Shown: piece by piece, positions 35,133-44,685 of the stretch
How the letters are laid out: every line of letters starts with the position of its first letter
How positions within the stretch are numbered: position 1 is the first letter of the stretch
Origin: a virus
Length of the DNA: 64,000 nt
Direction: 5' to 3' (one strand)
IMG/VR virus record: IMGVR_UViG_3300032240_002045
Coordinates: 1-64,000 of that record
Position numbers and translations under genes: made by a program
The notes under the pieces: generated by a model
Databases searched by the model: none
Seen by the model: the letters and a program-made list of their open reading frames with translations, nothing else
Told to the model about the DNA's origin: nothing

Positions 35133-35347
35133 TAGCTCCTTAAATGTGAGCGGAATGCGGTTAATTTAAAAGGAAGATCCTCATTTAAATTTAATTCCGC
35201 ATAAAGGCTTGAAATATTAATGTTTTTGCTATTTTCTTTAATAGACTCAAACGCTTTTTGCTCATCTACAGCTAGAGTAGAAAGCCAATAACCAACTGAG
35301 CATGCATCTGAAGCTGTTTGGATATGTTTATTAAGGACTTCCAACAC
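35111..35347 (-). CDS. Small Zn-binding protein upstream of the phosphoesterase
   Basis: GGGAG SD and GTG at 35347; CSVG..L...HLR..CTC. Confidence 0.6.
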   Translation of the reverse strand: MLEVLNKHIQTASDACSVGYWLSTLAVDEQKAFESIKENSKNINISSLYAELNLNEDLPFKLTAFRSHLRSYCTCPKN

Positions 35348-35505
35348 GCGTAGTCTCCCGTCTCGTCGCGACGTATCAAGACTAACATAAAAGTTAGGTT
35401 GGCGGGGGTTGTGAGATCCCCCAACTCCTGTAGCTGCATGTGCCAACTTCATGATGTAGTAACTGTGCACAGTCCTACAAGACACGATCTTGTGTCTGCC
35501 TCCCG

Positions 35506-35578
35506 CTGCCCTTCCTGGGATCGAACCAGGGACACCGCGATTAACAGTCGCGTGCTCTGCCGGCTGAGCTAAAGGGCA
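35506..35578 (-). tRNA. tRNA-Asn (GTT), CCA not encoded
   Basis: TGCCCTT acceptor, D arm GCTC/GAGC, anticodon arm CGCGA-CTGTTAA-TCGCG, T arm CCTGG-TTCGATC-CCAGG. Confidence 0.95.
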
Positions 35579-35639
35579 AAAACTAGGGACACCCAAAGGT
35601 GCCCCTAGGACAAGGTAGCGATACTCTGTCGAGCTTAGT

Positions 35640-36134
35640 CTACTTGATTTTTATAGTTTTTGGTTTTAGCTCTTCTGGAATTTGACGTTCTACAGTGATA
35701 GTTAACAAGCCGTCTTTAAGATCGGCCCCCTTAACTACCATGTATTCGCCAAGTACAAATTGCTGTGTCCATAAACGTTTTGCAATGCCTTGATGAAGAA
35801 CCTCATCGGTATCTTCGTCAACTTTTTCAATACTTTTTACTTTAAGAAGGTCTTTTTCTACAGTAATTTCTACATCTTCTTTTGAATACCCCGCTAAAGC
35901 TAATTCTACTTTGTAAGTATCATCATCAACTTTTAACAAGTTATAGGGTGGAAAAGAAGACTGTTTAATGGGTAAAGTAGACCAACGATGAATTTGATCT
36001 TGAAACCCTAAAAAGAATTGATTACTTAAAATTTCGTTTAAACTCGTTTGATTATTAACAATCTTATGAGCAAACGCTGGTGTTAATTTAGGATTTGGGT
36101 GATCCCATTGAGGATTTGCAAGGCCTGAAGCCAT
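35640..36134 (-). CDS. Hsp20 small heat-shock protein
   Basis: FPPYNL, ELALAGY, LHQGIAKR, A.LKDGLLTI...IPEE.KPK.I.I. Confidence 0.92.
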   Translation of the reverse strand: MASGLANPQWDHPNPKLTPAFAHKIVNNQTSLNEILSNQFFLGFQDQIHRWSTLPIKQSSFPPYNLLKVDDDTYKVELALAGYSKEDVEITVEKDLLKVKSIEKVDEDTDEVLHQGIAKRLWTQQFVLGEYMVVKGADLKDGLLTITVERQIPEELKPKTIKIK

Positions 36135-36203
36135 AATATATCTCCTTAGACGATATAAGTTAATTGACTCCCAATCGGCGAGTCCCTATAAGTATACATA
36201 AAA

Positions 36204-36235
36204 AAACCCCCGCTAGTCATAGACTGCGGGGGTTT
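36204..36235 (-). terminator. Intrinsic terminator
   Basis: AAACCCCCGC.AGTC-ATA-GACTGCGGGGGTTT with A/T tracts. Confidence 0.8.
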
Positions 36236-36246
36236 ATTTTTAAAAC

Positions 36247-36573
36247 TTATTCAGACATACCATCTTTAAACGTTGGAGCTGAGCGCTTAACGGAAGGTGA
36301 AAGGATACGACCGTTCCCTTGAGTAGCAGACGCTTCCGGTGAAGTCTGCTTCTGGAACATTACGCGAATTCCGTAACGAGCGCCGCCAGTTGCGGTAACA
36401 AACTTACGTGATGGCTTAGCCATACCGTATGGATCGCCAGCTGCCGTGTTCTTCTTCTTCATAAGCTTGCCCTTTAGAGGCTGAGCAACTACTGGCTTTG
36501 CGCCAGCCGCGTTGCGTGGTTCAGCCGATGTTGGGGCAATCGGTGCTGGGTTCTTCTTTGAATCTGATTTCAT
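36247..36573 (-). CDS. Basic hypothetical protein
   Basis: AAGGA SD. Confidence 0.65.
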   Translation of the reverse strand: MKSDSKKNPAPIAPTSAEPRNAAGAKPVVAQPLKGKLMKKKNTAAGDPYGMAKPSRKFVTATGGARYGIRVMFQKQTSPEASATQGNGRILSPSVKRSAPTFKDGMSE

Positions 36574-36614
36574 GTGTTTTCCTTTGGCCTAAGGTTTAAA
36601 TAACTGTATCAGGG

Positions 36615-36893
36615 TTAACGTACTTCAACGGTGTAAACAATGGCAGAGATCTGACCATCGTGGCTATCAATTGTTGAAAACCCTGGGATGCACACTAGGT
36701 CAAGGCCTCGTGGTGCGGTGTAACCACGAGCAATTGCTATGGCTTTTGTTGCTTGGTTTACTGCTCCAGCGCCAACAGCGCGAAGTTTACATCCGCGTGT
36801 TTCATAAATGCTGTGTGCGATTGCTGACGCAACTGCTTGTGGGTTGGATCCAGCACTAACGCGTAGGATCTGTTCTTCTGTATGCTCGGTCAT
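36615..36893 (-). CDS. spoVS: SpoVS-family (Alba-like fold) protein
   Basis: LRVSAGSNP.AVA.AIA...AVGAGAVNQA.KAIAIARG..AP.G.DL.CIP.F. Confidence 0.9.
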   Translation of the reverse strand: MTEHTEEQILRVSAGSNPQAVASAIAHSIYETRGCKLRAVGAGAVNQATKAIAIARGYTAPRGLDLVCIPGFSTIDSHDGQISAIVYTVEVR

Positions 36894-36964
36894 GTGTTCC
36901 TTCGGTGTACGAATAGTGGTGCCCCGCAGGAATAATTATGAAGTACTTAAGCTCAGGTGTAAGT

Positions 36965-37135
36965 CTAAAAATCAATAGGGGTAGGGGCGGTAGCCAAAGC
37001 CCCGCAAAGCTCGCATTCCATATCAAGCATATATAGGGATATTTCCCCATCTTCGAACATAGCTTTAACGTTCCACAGGGTGGAACCGCAAATGCAAACG
37101 TGTAGTGGGGCTTCTTTATCCCTTAGATCAAGCAT
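36965..37135 (-). CDS. 56-aa actinophage-type Zn-ribbon protein
   Basis: Read by hand: MLDLRDKEAPLHVCICGSTLW...YMLDMECELCGALATAPTPIDF. Confidence 0.75.
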   Translation of the reverse strand: MLDLRDKEAPLHVCICGSTLWNVKAMFEDGEISLYMLDMECELCGALATAPTPIDF

Positions 37136-37358
37136 CCCATTTAGCCTTTAACTCATCAAGTAATTTGCGGTTGCTTTCAATCTCTGCCTCAATCAAAGCA
37201 ACCTCTTCTTCAGACATTTTGTCTTTATTTTCTTCATAAAAGTTAAGACCAACATTAAAATTACTTTCAAATACGGCAATTTGCGCTTGTTTACGTTGTT
37301 TTAAAAATTCATGCTGTTCGGCTATATTAGCCGCAATCTTGTCTTGACGATTACTCAT
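37128..37358 (-). CDS. Coiled-coil hypothetical protein
   Basis: MSNRQDK start overlapping the upstream stop. Confidence 0.65.
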   Translation of the reverse strand: MSNRQDKIAANIAEQHEFLKQRKQAQIAVFESNFNVGLNFYEENKDKMSEEEVALIEAEIESNRKLLDELKAKWDA

Positions 37359-37525
37359 GATTGACCGCCCCAACCCCCGCCTTTAAATTGAACGGCTGGT
37401 GGGGTCCACACTTTAGTCATAAAGTTTGCGCATTTAGAGCACACAGGCCGGTCAACGGCATCAAAAGCCATGTGAATCTCAACAGTGCTATCACATGTTA
37501 CGCATGTAAAATCGTAATTAGGCAT
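37355..37525 (-). CDS. FmdB-family zinc-ribbon protein
   Basis: Read by hand: MPNYDFTCVTC...CSKC...P.VQFKGGGW. Confidence 0.8.
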   Translation of the reverse strand: MPNYDFTCVTCDSTVEIHMAFDAVDRPVCSKCANFMTKVWTPPAVQFKGGGWGGQS

Positions 37526-38061
37526 TATTTCTCCCTGAACTTTGGGTCTTGTAGCTTATCGTACACTTCTTTTTCATATGCCGTTTCGTGCATCCCCGCG
37601 ACTAAACGGGCTAACGAGTAAGAGTCAGCAGCGTTGTCGTCTGTAAACTCAACCCCCCACTTCTTGTACACGTACAAAAGCATTTGACTCTTTGGAACCC
37701 CGTTGCCTTTTCCGGTTACATACTTCTTTAAATTAGTGGGTGGGACAATAAGCGGGTAAATGCCAAAATCTAATAACGTAAGTTTTACCATTCCCCCAAG
37801 TTCACCAAGCATGTTAGCCATCTGGGATCCAAATGCGTAACCTTCCATAGCTACGTCTACAATTTCAAAATTAAACAAAGTCTCCATGATGTGAACCTGT
37901 ATGTCTTTAAGGCGCTCAATTCCACGCTTTTCTGACTTGTAAACAGTAGTCCATTGGTTTTCCCCGCGAAGTACAGTTATGGCAAATCCACTATAAGACT
38001 GGTCTATTCCTACGTGTACTGGGCCGTTAAATAACTCAGCGGGGCTACCAAAACTTTTCAA
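37525..38061 (-). CDS. ruvC: RuvC-like Holliday junction resolvase
   Basis: VGIDQS, AMEGYAF, P..LKKYVTGKGN..K, DDNAADS. Confidence 0.85.
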   Translation of the reverse strand: MKSFGSPAELFNGPVHVGIDQSYSGFAITVLRGENQWTTVYKSEKRGIERLKDIQVHIMETLFNFEIVDVAMEGYAFGSQMANMLGELGGMVKLTLLDFGIYPLIVPPTNLKKYVTGKGNGVPKSQMLLYVYKKWGVEFTDDNAADSYSLARLVAGMHETAYEKEVYDKLQDPKFREK

Positions 38062-38555
38062 GTAGTCATCCAGGTCGATCTGCCTGACATCTTGTTAAGG
38101 TTGACTCGGCGGGTGATCTCACGATTAATAAAAGATATATCTTTAGAAAGCTTGCCTGACATAATATTAATTAAACCGTGATAATTAGACAACTCTTGAA
38201 ACTTATCCGCGCTTGTGCGGTAATCCTCATCTACTTCAATCTCCGCATCAAGTAAAGCTACTGCTATACCGGCAGCTTTCATTGACAATTTTTTCTTAGC
38301 CTTAATCACAGTCATTTCTTTTTCAGCTTCTGCTTTATCAGTATTTGCGCACCACATTTGCAGGTTAATAAACTCTAAATAAGCCACGTACTTTGCATAC
38401 ATATCCATCAGTTCATCGTCGTCCACGGAAGTAACGTCGTCTGGAATTGCTGGCGGATCGTAACTATAACCTTCATTAAGGGTTAAACCTTGACCTTTTA
38501 ACTTATCAATAGCACGTTTGCTGGCCTCTGCTAGCTGTAGCTCAATTGGACTCAT
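38058..38555 (-). CDS. Helical protein (possibly UvsY-like recombination mediator)
   Basis: Position in the recombination module; coiled coil ending SREITRR-like. Confidence 0.45.
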   Translation of the reverse strand: MSPIELQLAEASKRAIDKLKGQGLTLNEGYSYDPPAIPDDVTSVDDDELMDMYAKYVAYLEFINLQMWCANTDKAEAEKEMTVIKAKKKLSMKAAGIAVALLDAEIEVDEDYRTSADKFQELSNYHGLINIMSGKLSKDISFINREITRRVNLNKMSGRSTWMTT

Positions 38556-39414
38556 TTGTGTACCCCTCACATTTTTTGCAACCTGCTGGGTTAATATTAC
38601 AGTCAAGAGGGGTTAACGCGTCAACCGCTTTAACAATACGTTCTGCTGCTGCAAAAATATGGTTGATAGAAAAATCACTCTTTGGAACAATAAATTCTTT
38701 TATATCTTGTGTTGCTTTAGACTCATAAATAAGAACGGCTTCTTGAGGGACATCTGGGTAACCAATTAATTCAGCTAATTTCATGTAAATTTGGATTTGA
38801 GTTACATGTTTACCAAAAGGTTCTGTTAATTTTTTCCAAGTTTTTTCAAAATCATTATCATTTTCTTTAAGTAATTGAGGGGCTTCGTACCTAAAAGTTC
38901 CTACACCCACTGATTTAATTTCTAACATTAAAGGGTTGCCAAACCCAATCAACCAACCATCTGAGTGGCCTGATATACGCAAGGGTTCGTAGTTAAGCGG
39001 GACTTCGTTATATTTCCAATTGTTTTCTCCGCAATCAGCACACTCTGTGTTTCCCATATTCCAAAACTTTGATCGACAATTACGGCATAAATAAAGGCCA
39101 TAAAGTTTTCCCATTCCATGTAACCAACCTTGCCATTTAGCATGGATTGAATGGCCCTCTTCAAATACAGAAAGCAATTTAAATGAAAATTTACGGTCAG
39201 CTGGAGCGTGACCTAAAAGTTGAAAATACGAAGCTCTGTGGCACCAATCAGCTCCTGCCATCTCTGAAGGATGTAATACATCATGTCGACGGGCTTCTTC
39301 GTCTCTAGGGGTTGTTAATACGTGTCGTTCTACTGAACCTAACACGCGGGTATCTGTTTTACCAGCTTTTACAAATGCTTCTAATGATCCGGTTGATTTA
39401 TATTGCTTTGTCAT
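38542..39414 (-). CDS. Cas4-like PD-(D/E)XK exonuclease
   Basis: HPSE....WC.R, G..IH, GHSDG, LEIKS, QIQIYM, C-terminal C...C..C. Confidence 0.85.
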   Translation of the reverse strand: MTKQYKSTGSLEAFVKAGKTDTRVLGSVERHVLTTPRDEEARRHDVLHPSEMAGADWCHRASYFQLLGHAPADRKFSFKLLSVFEEGHSIHAKWQGWLHGMGKLYGLYLCRNCRSKFWNMGNTECADCGENNWKYNEVPLNYEPLRISGHSDGWLIGFGNPLMLEIKSVGVGTFRYEAPQLLKENDNDFEKTWKKLTEPFGKHVTQIQIYMKLAELIGYPDVPQEAVLIYESKATQDIKEFIVPKSDFSINHIFAAAERIVKAVDALTPLDCNINPAGCKKCEGYTNESN

Positions 39415-39426
39415 ACGCGGACACTA

Positions 39427-39750
39427 TCACGCTTTTTTAAGCTCTACCCATTCCTTTAAAGTTTTTCCCGCTTTTGTTGCTTTACGTTTTAACGCGTTGC
39501 GTTCGCGGTGTGACATGCCTCCCCATATACCGTGTTGTTCATCCATCTTGTCTGCGTACAACAAGCATTGTTTACGAACAGGGCATTCAGGTAATCCATC
39601 TTTACCGTAACACACTGCTTTAGATATCTCCGCAATTGGTTTGTACTTTGCTTTATCTCTTGGGGGATACCAAAGCTCCGTGTCTAATCCACGGCATTTA
39701 GCGTTGTATCGCCAACTTTCGACATGCTCGTTATCTTGGTACAAGTACAC
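39427..39750 (-). CDS. whiB: WhiB-family transcription factor (second copy)
   Basis: W...AKC.G.D...WYP...K.VC.......CPVR.QCL.YA......GIWGG....ER. Confidence 0.92.
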   Translation of the reverse strand: MYLYQDNEHVESWRYNAKCRGLDTELWYPPRDKAKYKPIAEISKAVCYGKDGLPECPVRKQCLLYADKMDEQHGIWGGMSHRERNALKRKATKAGKTLKEWVELKKA

Positions 39751-40070
39751 TCCTGAAGATTCTGGCGTAGTTCCAGAAAATCATCTTCAGTAAGCACAAC
39801 GTAATTTTCGTTGTTCAAACTAAAACCGAGGACGGGTGTCCGACTGTCAAGAATTGCTTCTTTAACAATCTTTTCCAAAACTGTCGCTTTGACAGTGAAG
39901 GAAGTTTTGCCCGTCCACTTATGTTCAATAAGTAGATCGCTACTACGGACATCACCTTTACGACTCCAGAATGATCCGCTTCCAGCTGAGCGCTGTCCGC
40001 CAATCTCTTTTGCTAGTCGTACCTCGTGCTTCTTAGACTGCTTTTGTCCCTCAGTCCTCATCGGACTCAA
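39732..40070 (-). CDS. Hjc-like PD-(D/E)XK resolvase
   Basis: E.RLAK..GG....GSG....KGDV......IEHK; approximate coordinates, the ORF track extends to 39684. Confidence 0.7.
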
Positions 40071-41112
40071 CAGCTACGTGCTTAGATCCGGCTTTAATCG
40101 AATCCAACACGTCCCGTTCAAGGGCTTCTTTCAAGTCTAGCTCTTCCCGTATAGAATCAAGCATAGCATCACTGCCCTGCCACTGGCGACCTGCGTAACG
40201 GTAGTAAGCGCCCGCTCTAACAATAACTTTGTTAATGATGCCCATCGCTACAATTTCTTTAGCAAAATCAAATTCACCGGCTGGTATGTCTCCACCGGAG
40301 GCAAAGTAAAAGTCAACTGTTGCCGTCTGTGAGGGTGGGGCTGACTTGTTCTTAATAATTCTTACCTTAATAGACTGACCAATACGACGTTTTTCTTGAC
40401 CCGTTCCCGACTCAATCCATTCATCACGGCGTACCTCCATGCGGGTAAAGAACGCGTAGTCCTTTCCTAAACCACCTGGGGTTGTTCGTGGGTCGCCGTA
40501 CATAACGCCAATTTTAGAACGCCACTGGTTGATAACAATTCCAATGAATGGGCGCTCTGCTTCTGTAAGGGAACGCTTTGAAGCTTTACCTACCTTGCGA
40601 AAGAACTTGTTAGTTAAAAGGGCTGTTCGTCCGACTGTTGATTCTTCCATTTGTTTTTCATCTTCAGATGAAGGTACAAGGGCAGGAAGGCTATCAATAA
40701 CGATACAGTCCACAGCTTTACTTTCAGTGAACTCGATAACTGCTTCATATGCCATCTCCATAATGTTAGTAGAAACTACGTATACGCGTGAAGTGTCAAC
40801 CCCGCACATCTCTGCGTAACCGGGTACCCACTCTTCTGCTGCAACCCATACTGTTGTAAAATTTGGGTCACGTTTTTGGTTTGCTGCAATAGTCTTTAAC
40901 GCTAAAGCAGTTTTACCATTGCTTGCTTCACCAATAACCTCATGCCATTGATTAGCCGGCCATCCGCCACCAAGTGAAACGTCTACAGCTATAGATCCTG
41001 TTGTAAAACGAGCTGCTACAGCAATAATATCTGACCCTAAAACAACAGTGTCTGCACCCATCTTCTTGTTAATTGCGTTAAGAACTTTTGCTAAATCTGC
41101 TGTTATTGCCAT
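40051..41112 (-). CDS. recA: RecA/UvsX recombinase
   Basis: TGS...D..LGGG.P, GEASNGKT, VIDSL.AL, INQ.R.KIGVMYGDP.TTPGG, KNK.APP. Confidence 0.95.
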   Translation of the reverse strand: MAITADLAKVLNAINKKMGADTVVLGSDIIAVAARFTTGSIAVDVSLGGGWPANQWHEVIGEASNGKTALALKTIAANQKRDPNFTTVWVAAEEWVPGYAEMCGVDTSRVYVVSTNIMEMAYEAVIEFTESKAVDCIVIDSLPALVPSSEDEKQMEESTVGRTALLTNKFFRKVGKASKRSLTEAERPFIGIVINQWRSKIGVMYGDPRTTPGGLGKDYAFFTRMEVRRDEWIESGTGQEKRRIGQSIKVRIIKNKSAPPSQTATVDFYFASGGDIPAGEFDFAKEIVAMGIINKVIVRAGAYYRYAGRQWQGSDAMLDSIREELDLKEALERDVLDSIKAGSKHVAVESDED

Positions 41113-41477
41113 TAAATATGTCCAATGATTGTCTGTGGGTTAAATCCGCCTGCTTGTACCTGCTTTGATGCTTGAGTTGGCCCGGATGATTTAGGTCCAC
41201 TAGTAATACCGGTGCCTATACCTGAACCGCTTTGTTGAAGTGGGTAACCGCAATCGTAACAACGTTTACGTGCTTCAGGAGTAGCCCCTCCATAGTTACC
41301 ACTACCGCAACCGGGACAACGATCACCTACAGGTGTTCGCATAGTCGGGTAATTTTGTGGCGCATTAGGCGTCTGTGGCGCTTGTTGTTGAGGTATTGCC
41401 ACACCTTGGTATGAGGGCTGTTGTGGTACCGGCGTGGTACCAAGTTTATTTGCCCACCAATTAGAACTCATCGTCAT
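41112..41477 (-). CDS. Zn-ribbon hypothetical protein
   Basis: CPGCGSGNY...RCYDCGYP. Confidence 0.75.
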   Translation of the reverse strand: MTMSSNWWANKLGTTPVPQQPSYQGVAIPQQQAPQTPNAPQNYPTMRTPVGDRCPGCGSGNYGGATPEARKRCYDCGYPLQQSGSGIGTGITSGPKSSGPTQASKQVQAGGFNPQTIIGHI

Positions 41478-41961
41478 CTCCTTTTATCTCAATCTCTTCC
41501 AAGGCTACTCCGCCTTGCTCTAAAACGCCAAGTCTTACTCCGATAGATATAGCTCCAAGTAAAGTTGTGGCAGCTACAGATTTATAAATTTCCCGCATAA
41601 TTTTTAAATCATCTTCTAATTCTTTTTGAAGCTCTGGGCTTTTACTTTCAGTACTTTCTTTTAATATTTTTAATTGGGCTGCGGTAATCACATCCGAACT
41701 AATAGTTGAAATATAATCTATATACGGTAAAACTTCTTTAATCTCAATTAACCTATTGTCGCTATCTTCTTGTTCTTTTGTATTTCCCTCGTCACTTACA
41801 CGAGTTAACCCTAAATACTCTGCAAGAGCGTTCTCATCTCCCACTCCTACGTCGTATATAAACCAACGAAGTAAAGTACTAGAAGGAAACTCATCTGAAA
41901 CAAAGTCAAAATCAAGGTTGTCATCGTCATCTTTTTTAAAGAAATTTGAAAACCAACTCAC
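41461..41961 (-). CDS. Acidic hypothetical protein
   Basis: Coupled to the polA stop. Confidence 0.7.
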   Translation of the reverse strand: MSWFSNFFKKDDDDNLDFDFVSDEFPSSTLLRWFIYDVGVGDENALAEYLGLTRVSDEGNTKEQEDSDNRLIEIKEVLPYIDYISTISSDVITAAQLKILKESTESKSPELQKELEDDLKIMREIYKSVAATTLLGAISIGVRLGVLEQGGVALEEIEIKGDDDEF

Positions 41962-43934
41962 TTAGCATCTCCCCAACGCTGAACAACTGAAATGTCAGCA
42001 ATCAAAGGGATTGGAATAATCTTTAAATCCTCCATCGCTTCGCGAATAGCTTCTTTGGTTTGATCTACCAAATGATCGGGAGTAAGTGTCACCAATTCGT
42101 CATGAACGGTTAAAATCAACTTAGCCTCCTTTGGAATCAAGTTATGAGCGCGAACCATGGCTAACTTAATAATGTCAGCAGCTGAACCTTGAATACGAGT
42201 ATTAAAGGCCTGTCGCTCTGCGCTTGCCCGAAAGCCTACCACGCGTGAGTTAATGTCAGGGAGATAGCGTCTACGCTTAAGAAGGGTGGTTACGTAACCT
42301 AAGTTACGCGCCACGCCGATAACAAGGGTGCGGTATTCGTTAACGGCTGAAAACTTGTCACCGAAATCTGTTAAAAGTTTACGAGCCTCTTTTACGGTAC
42401 ACCCAATGCTTTTAGCAATTTTGTCTGGCCCCACACCATAAGCCATAGCTAATACAAGTACCTTACCGGCTTTACGATCTACACCCATAGTGTCACCTAC
42501 GGTTGTATAGATATCCCCGCCCTTTAAATAATTGTCCATCATGATGGGATCTTGAGACATTGCAGCAATAACACGTGGTTCGATCTGTGAATAGTCAGCC
42601 ACTACAAGCTTGTAACCTTCTGGAGCTTTGAACAAGTTCCGAATCGCTTTACCGTGGTCTGTGTTAGGTGCGGGAACGTTTTGTAAATTTGGATTACGGC
42701 TTGAAAAACGCCCGGTCTCCGCCCCCCATTGAATGAAATCTGCATAGACGCGACCATTTACCAAAAGGCTGTCCTTATGCTCTGTCTTAACCTTACCGTT
42801 TGTAGTCTTGGTAACCTCTCCGCCAAGGTAAGGAATCACATAGGTGCTTAATAATTTGTTTAAATCAGCGTATTTAAGCAAAGCACCAGCTAACTCATCA
42901 GTATCACGAAAAGGTTCTAAAGCCTCAGCTGATACAGAATAATCTTTGTAGTTTAAAGCGCCTTCGTTCTTCTCACCTTTACCGGTCAAAATAACGGGCT
43001 TGAGTCCACGGCAACCTTCGTCTTTAGGGCCGTACAGAAGATACTGTTTTTCGGAATTAGAGTTAATATTAAAAACCCCAGCTATTGAATAAATCTCTTT
43101 GCGTACATCTTCAATCTCGATGTTTAGCTTGTCGTACAAAATTTGTAACTGCTCCATGTCAATCGGTGCACCTGTAAGTTTCATATCGCATAAGACTTTA
43201 AGAACATCCATCTCTATACCCATAACATAATCAACATCCGCGGCTTTTACTTTTTCGCGAACAGCTTTCCACAAAAGAAATGTGTACTTAGCGTCAAGGT
43301 AAGCGTACTTGGCAACCTCATCAAATGAATAGATCTCCACCATGTGGCCAATGCCTTTTTCCATCTTAAAACCAAACTCACGATCTAAACAATCATCAAG
43401 TCCAACTTTGTTTTTGTTCTTGTTGTCGTAAAGAAACGAAGCCATAAGCGTGTCAAAATAAGGACCTGAAGGTATTTGACCATCGTAGTACTTGGCAACA
43501 GAACTGAGATCAAATCCTAAATTGTGACCAATAGTTAAGATCTTGTCATTAAAAAATAAAGGTTTTAAAGCTTTGAATACTTGCGCAGGATATAGTTGCG
43601 TGGGTGCTGGACCAAAAGCTTTAATAGCTTTTTTCTTATCCCTAGAATAATCCGAGTCTCTAGCTTGAAGACCAGCGAGGATGCGCTTCTCCCCTTGTCC
43701 GGTGAGAGGAAATGCTTCACTAATAAACGCACCATGAGGGTGGCCAAGCGGTATGACATCACCTCTATCATGCGTAGACAGACTAATCCAAAGAACCTCA
43801 TTTACCGCCGGAACCCCTCTTCGGTCCCCAACTGTTTCTACGTCAAATGCAAACGCATCTTGTTTCATGTAATGCTCGACCATATTGTTAAGTTGCTCAA
43901 CGGTCGTAATTATGTGCTCCAAAGTAATCTCCAA
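41958..43934 (-). CDS. polA: Family A DNA polymerase with 3'-5' exonuclease
   Basis: FDVET, HNLGFD, YAYLDA, TGRFSSRNPNLQN, DYSQIEPR, K....AMAYG, IQGSAADI, VHDELV. Confidence 0.96.
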   Translation of the reverse strand: MEITLEHIITTVEQLNNMVEHYMKQDAFAFDVETVGDRRGVPAVNEVLWISLSTHDRGDVIPLGHPHGAFISEAFPLTGQGEKRILAGLQARDSDYSRDKKKAIKAFGPAPTQLYPAQVFKALKPLFFNDKILTIGHNLGFDLSSVAKYYDGQIPSGPYFDTLMASFLYDNKNKNKVGLDDCLDREFGFKMEKGIGHMVEIYSFDEVAKYAYLDAKYTFLLWKAVREKVKAADVDYVMGIEMDVLKVLCDMKLTGAPIDMEQLQILYDKLNIEIEDVRKEIYSIAGVFNINSNSEKQYLLYGPKDEGCRGLKPVILTGKGEKNEGALNYKDYSVSAEALEPFRDTDELAGALLKYADLNKLLSTYVIPYLGGEVTKTTNGKVKTEHKDSLLVNGRVYADFIQWGAETGRFSSRNPNLQNVPAPNTDHGKAIRNLFKAPEGYKLVVADYSQIEPRVIAAMSQDPIMMDNYLKGGDIYTTVGDTMGVDRKAGKVLVLAMAYGVGPDKIAKSIGCTVKEARKLLTDFGDKFSAVNEYRTLVIGVARNLGYVTTLLKRRRYLPDINSRVVGFRASAERQAFNTRIQGSAADIIKLAMVRAHNLIPKEAKLILTVHDELVTLTPDHLVDQTKEAIREAMEDLKIIPIPLIADISVVQRWGDAK

Positions 43935-43936
43935 TT

Positions 43937-43979
43937 AAAAAAGGGGGCTAGGAAAGAGTGTGCAAACCTAGCCCCCAAC
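43937..43979 (-). terminator. Terminator between the ssb and polA genes
   Basis: GGGGGCTAGG...CCTAGCCCCC followed by a T-run on the minus strand. Confidence 0.75.
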
Positions 43980-43982
43980 TAA

Positions 43983-44672
43983 TTAAATAAGGGAAAGTGC
44001 TACGCCCTCAAGCTCATCCCAAGTCGATTCCTTAATTGCGGAACGATCAAAAGGCTTGAACTGCTGGAACGCTGCTTCCCCAGCGGCTTCGTCAAGACCA
44101 AGATGTGAAGCATCTTCGGCCAAATCACGAGGCTTAATTGGAGTAATGATGTAGTTGGTTGTTTGCTGCTTACCTGTGCGTGTAACTGACCAATACTTGC
44201 TGGTTAGTGGGCCTGCTCCGGAGTGTTCAATCCCGGCAAGTTGCTTAAACAACTTTGCACTAGCAACTAAAAGTTGACGTTGTGGGCCACCCTCTACGCT
44301 GTAGTTAATTACAGTAAAAGCCTTCTTATCTTCGGCTTTGTCTTGTAAACGAATACATAGCGGACAGTTGTTTTCTAAACAAACGTAAGAACGCTTACCG
44401 CTTGTTTTTTGATTAAGAAAATGTTGCTTATAAACAGCAAACGGTCCCTTAATACCTTCTGGATCCATGAAACGAATAATCTGGTATTCGCCCTCAAGGA
44501 ACTTAAAATCTGTTGGGTAGTCTCCAACAGGTGCTGCTGCTTTTTCTGCTGCATCCCAACCAGCTTGAATAACTGAGCTAGTTGCTTGAATTGGGCGTGC
44601 TGTTAAAGCATCGCTATTGATTGAGAACTCGTCGTTCTCTGGTACGAACGTATCTGTTCGGTCTATGGCCAT
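43983..44672 (-). CDS. Phage ssDNA-binding protein (gp32-like)
   Basis: IIRF......F..Y.QHF...YVC...CPLC; TR.GK...T.Y; located beside polA. Confidence 0.7.
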   Translation of the reverse strand: MAIDRTDTFVPENDEFSINSDALTARPIQATSSVIQAGWDAAEKAAAPVGDYPTDFKFLEGEYQIIRFMDPEGIKGPFAVYKQHFLNQKTSGKRSYVCLENNCPLCIRLQDKAEDKKAFTVINYSVEGGPQRQLLVASAKLFKQLAGIEHSGAGPLTSKYWSVTRTGKQQTTNYIITPIKPRDLAEDASHLGLDEAAGEAAFQQFKPFDRSAIKESTWDELEGVALSLI

Positions 44673-44685
44673 TGGCTGATTTCTC

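Noticed and set aside
35348-35596. 5' part of ORF 35111-35596
   Set aside because: Overlaps tRNA-Asn; a better SD plus GTG start lies at 35347
38542-39414. Cas4-like gene as part of CRISPR-Cas
   Set aside because: Stand-alone nuclease within the RecA/RuvC recombination module, which is common in phages
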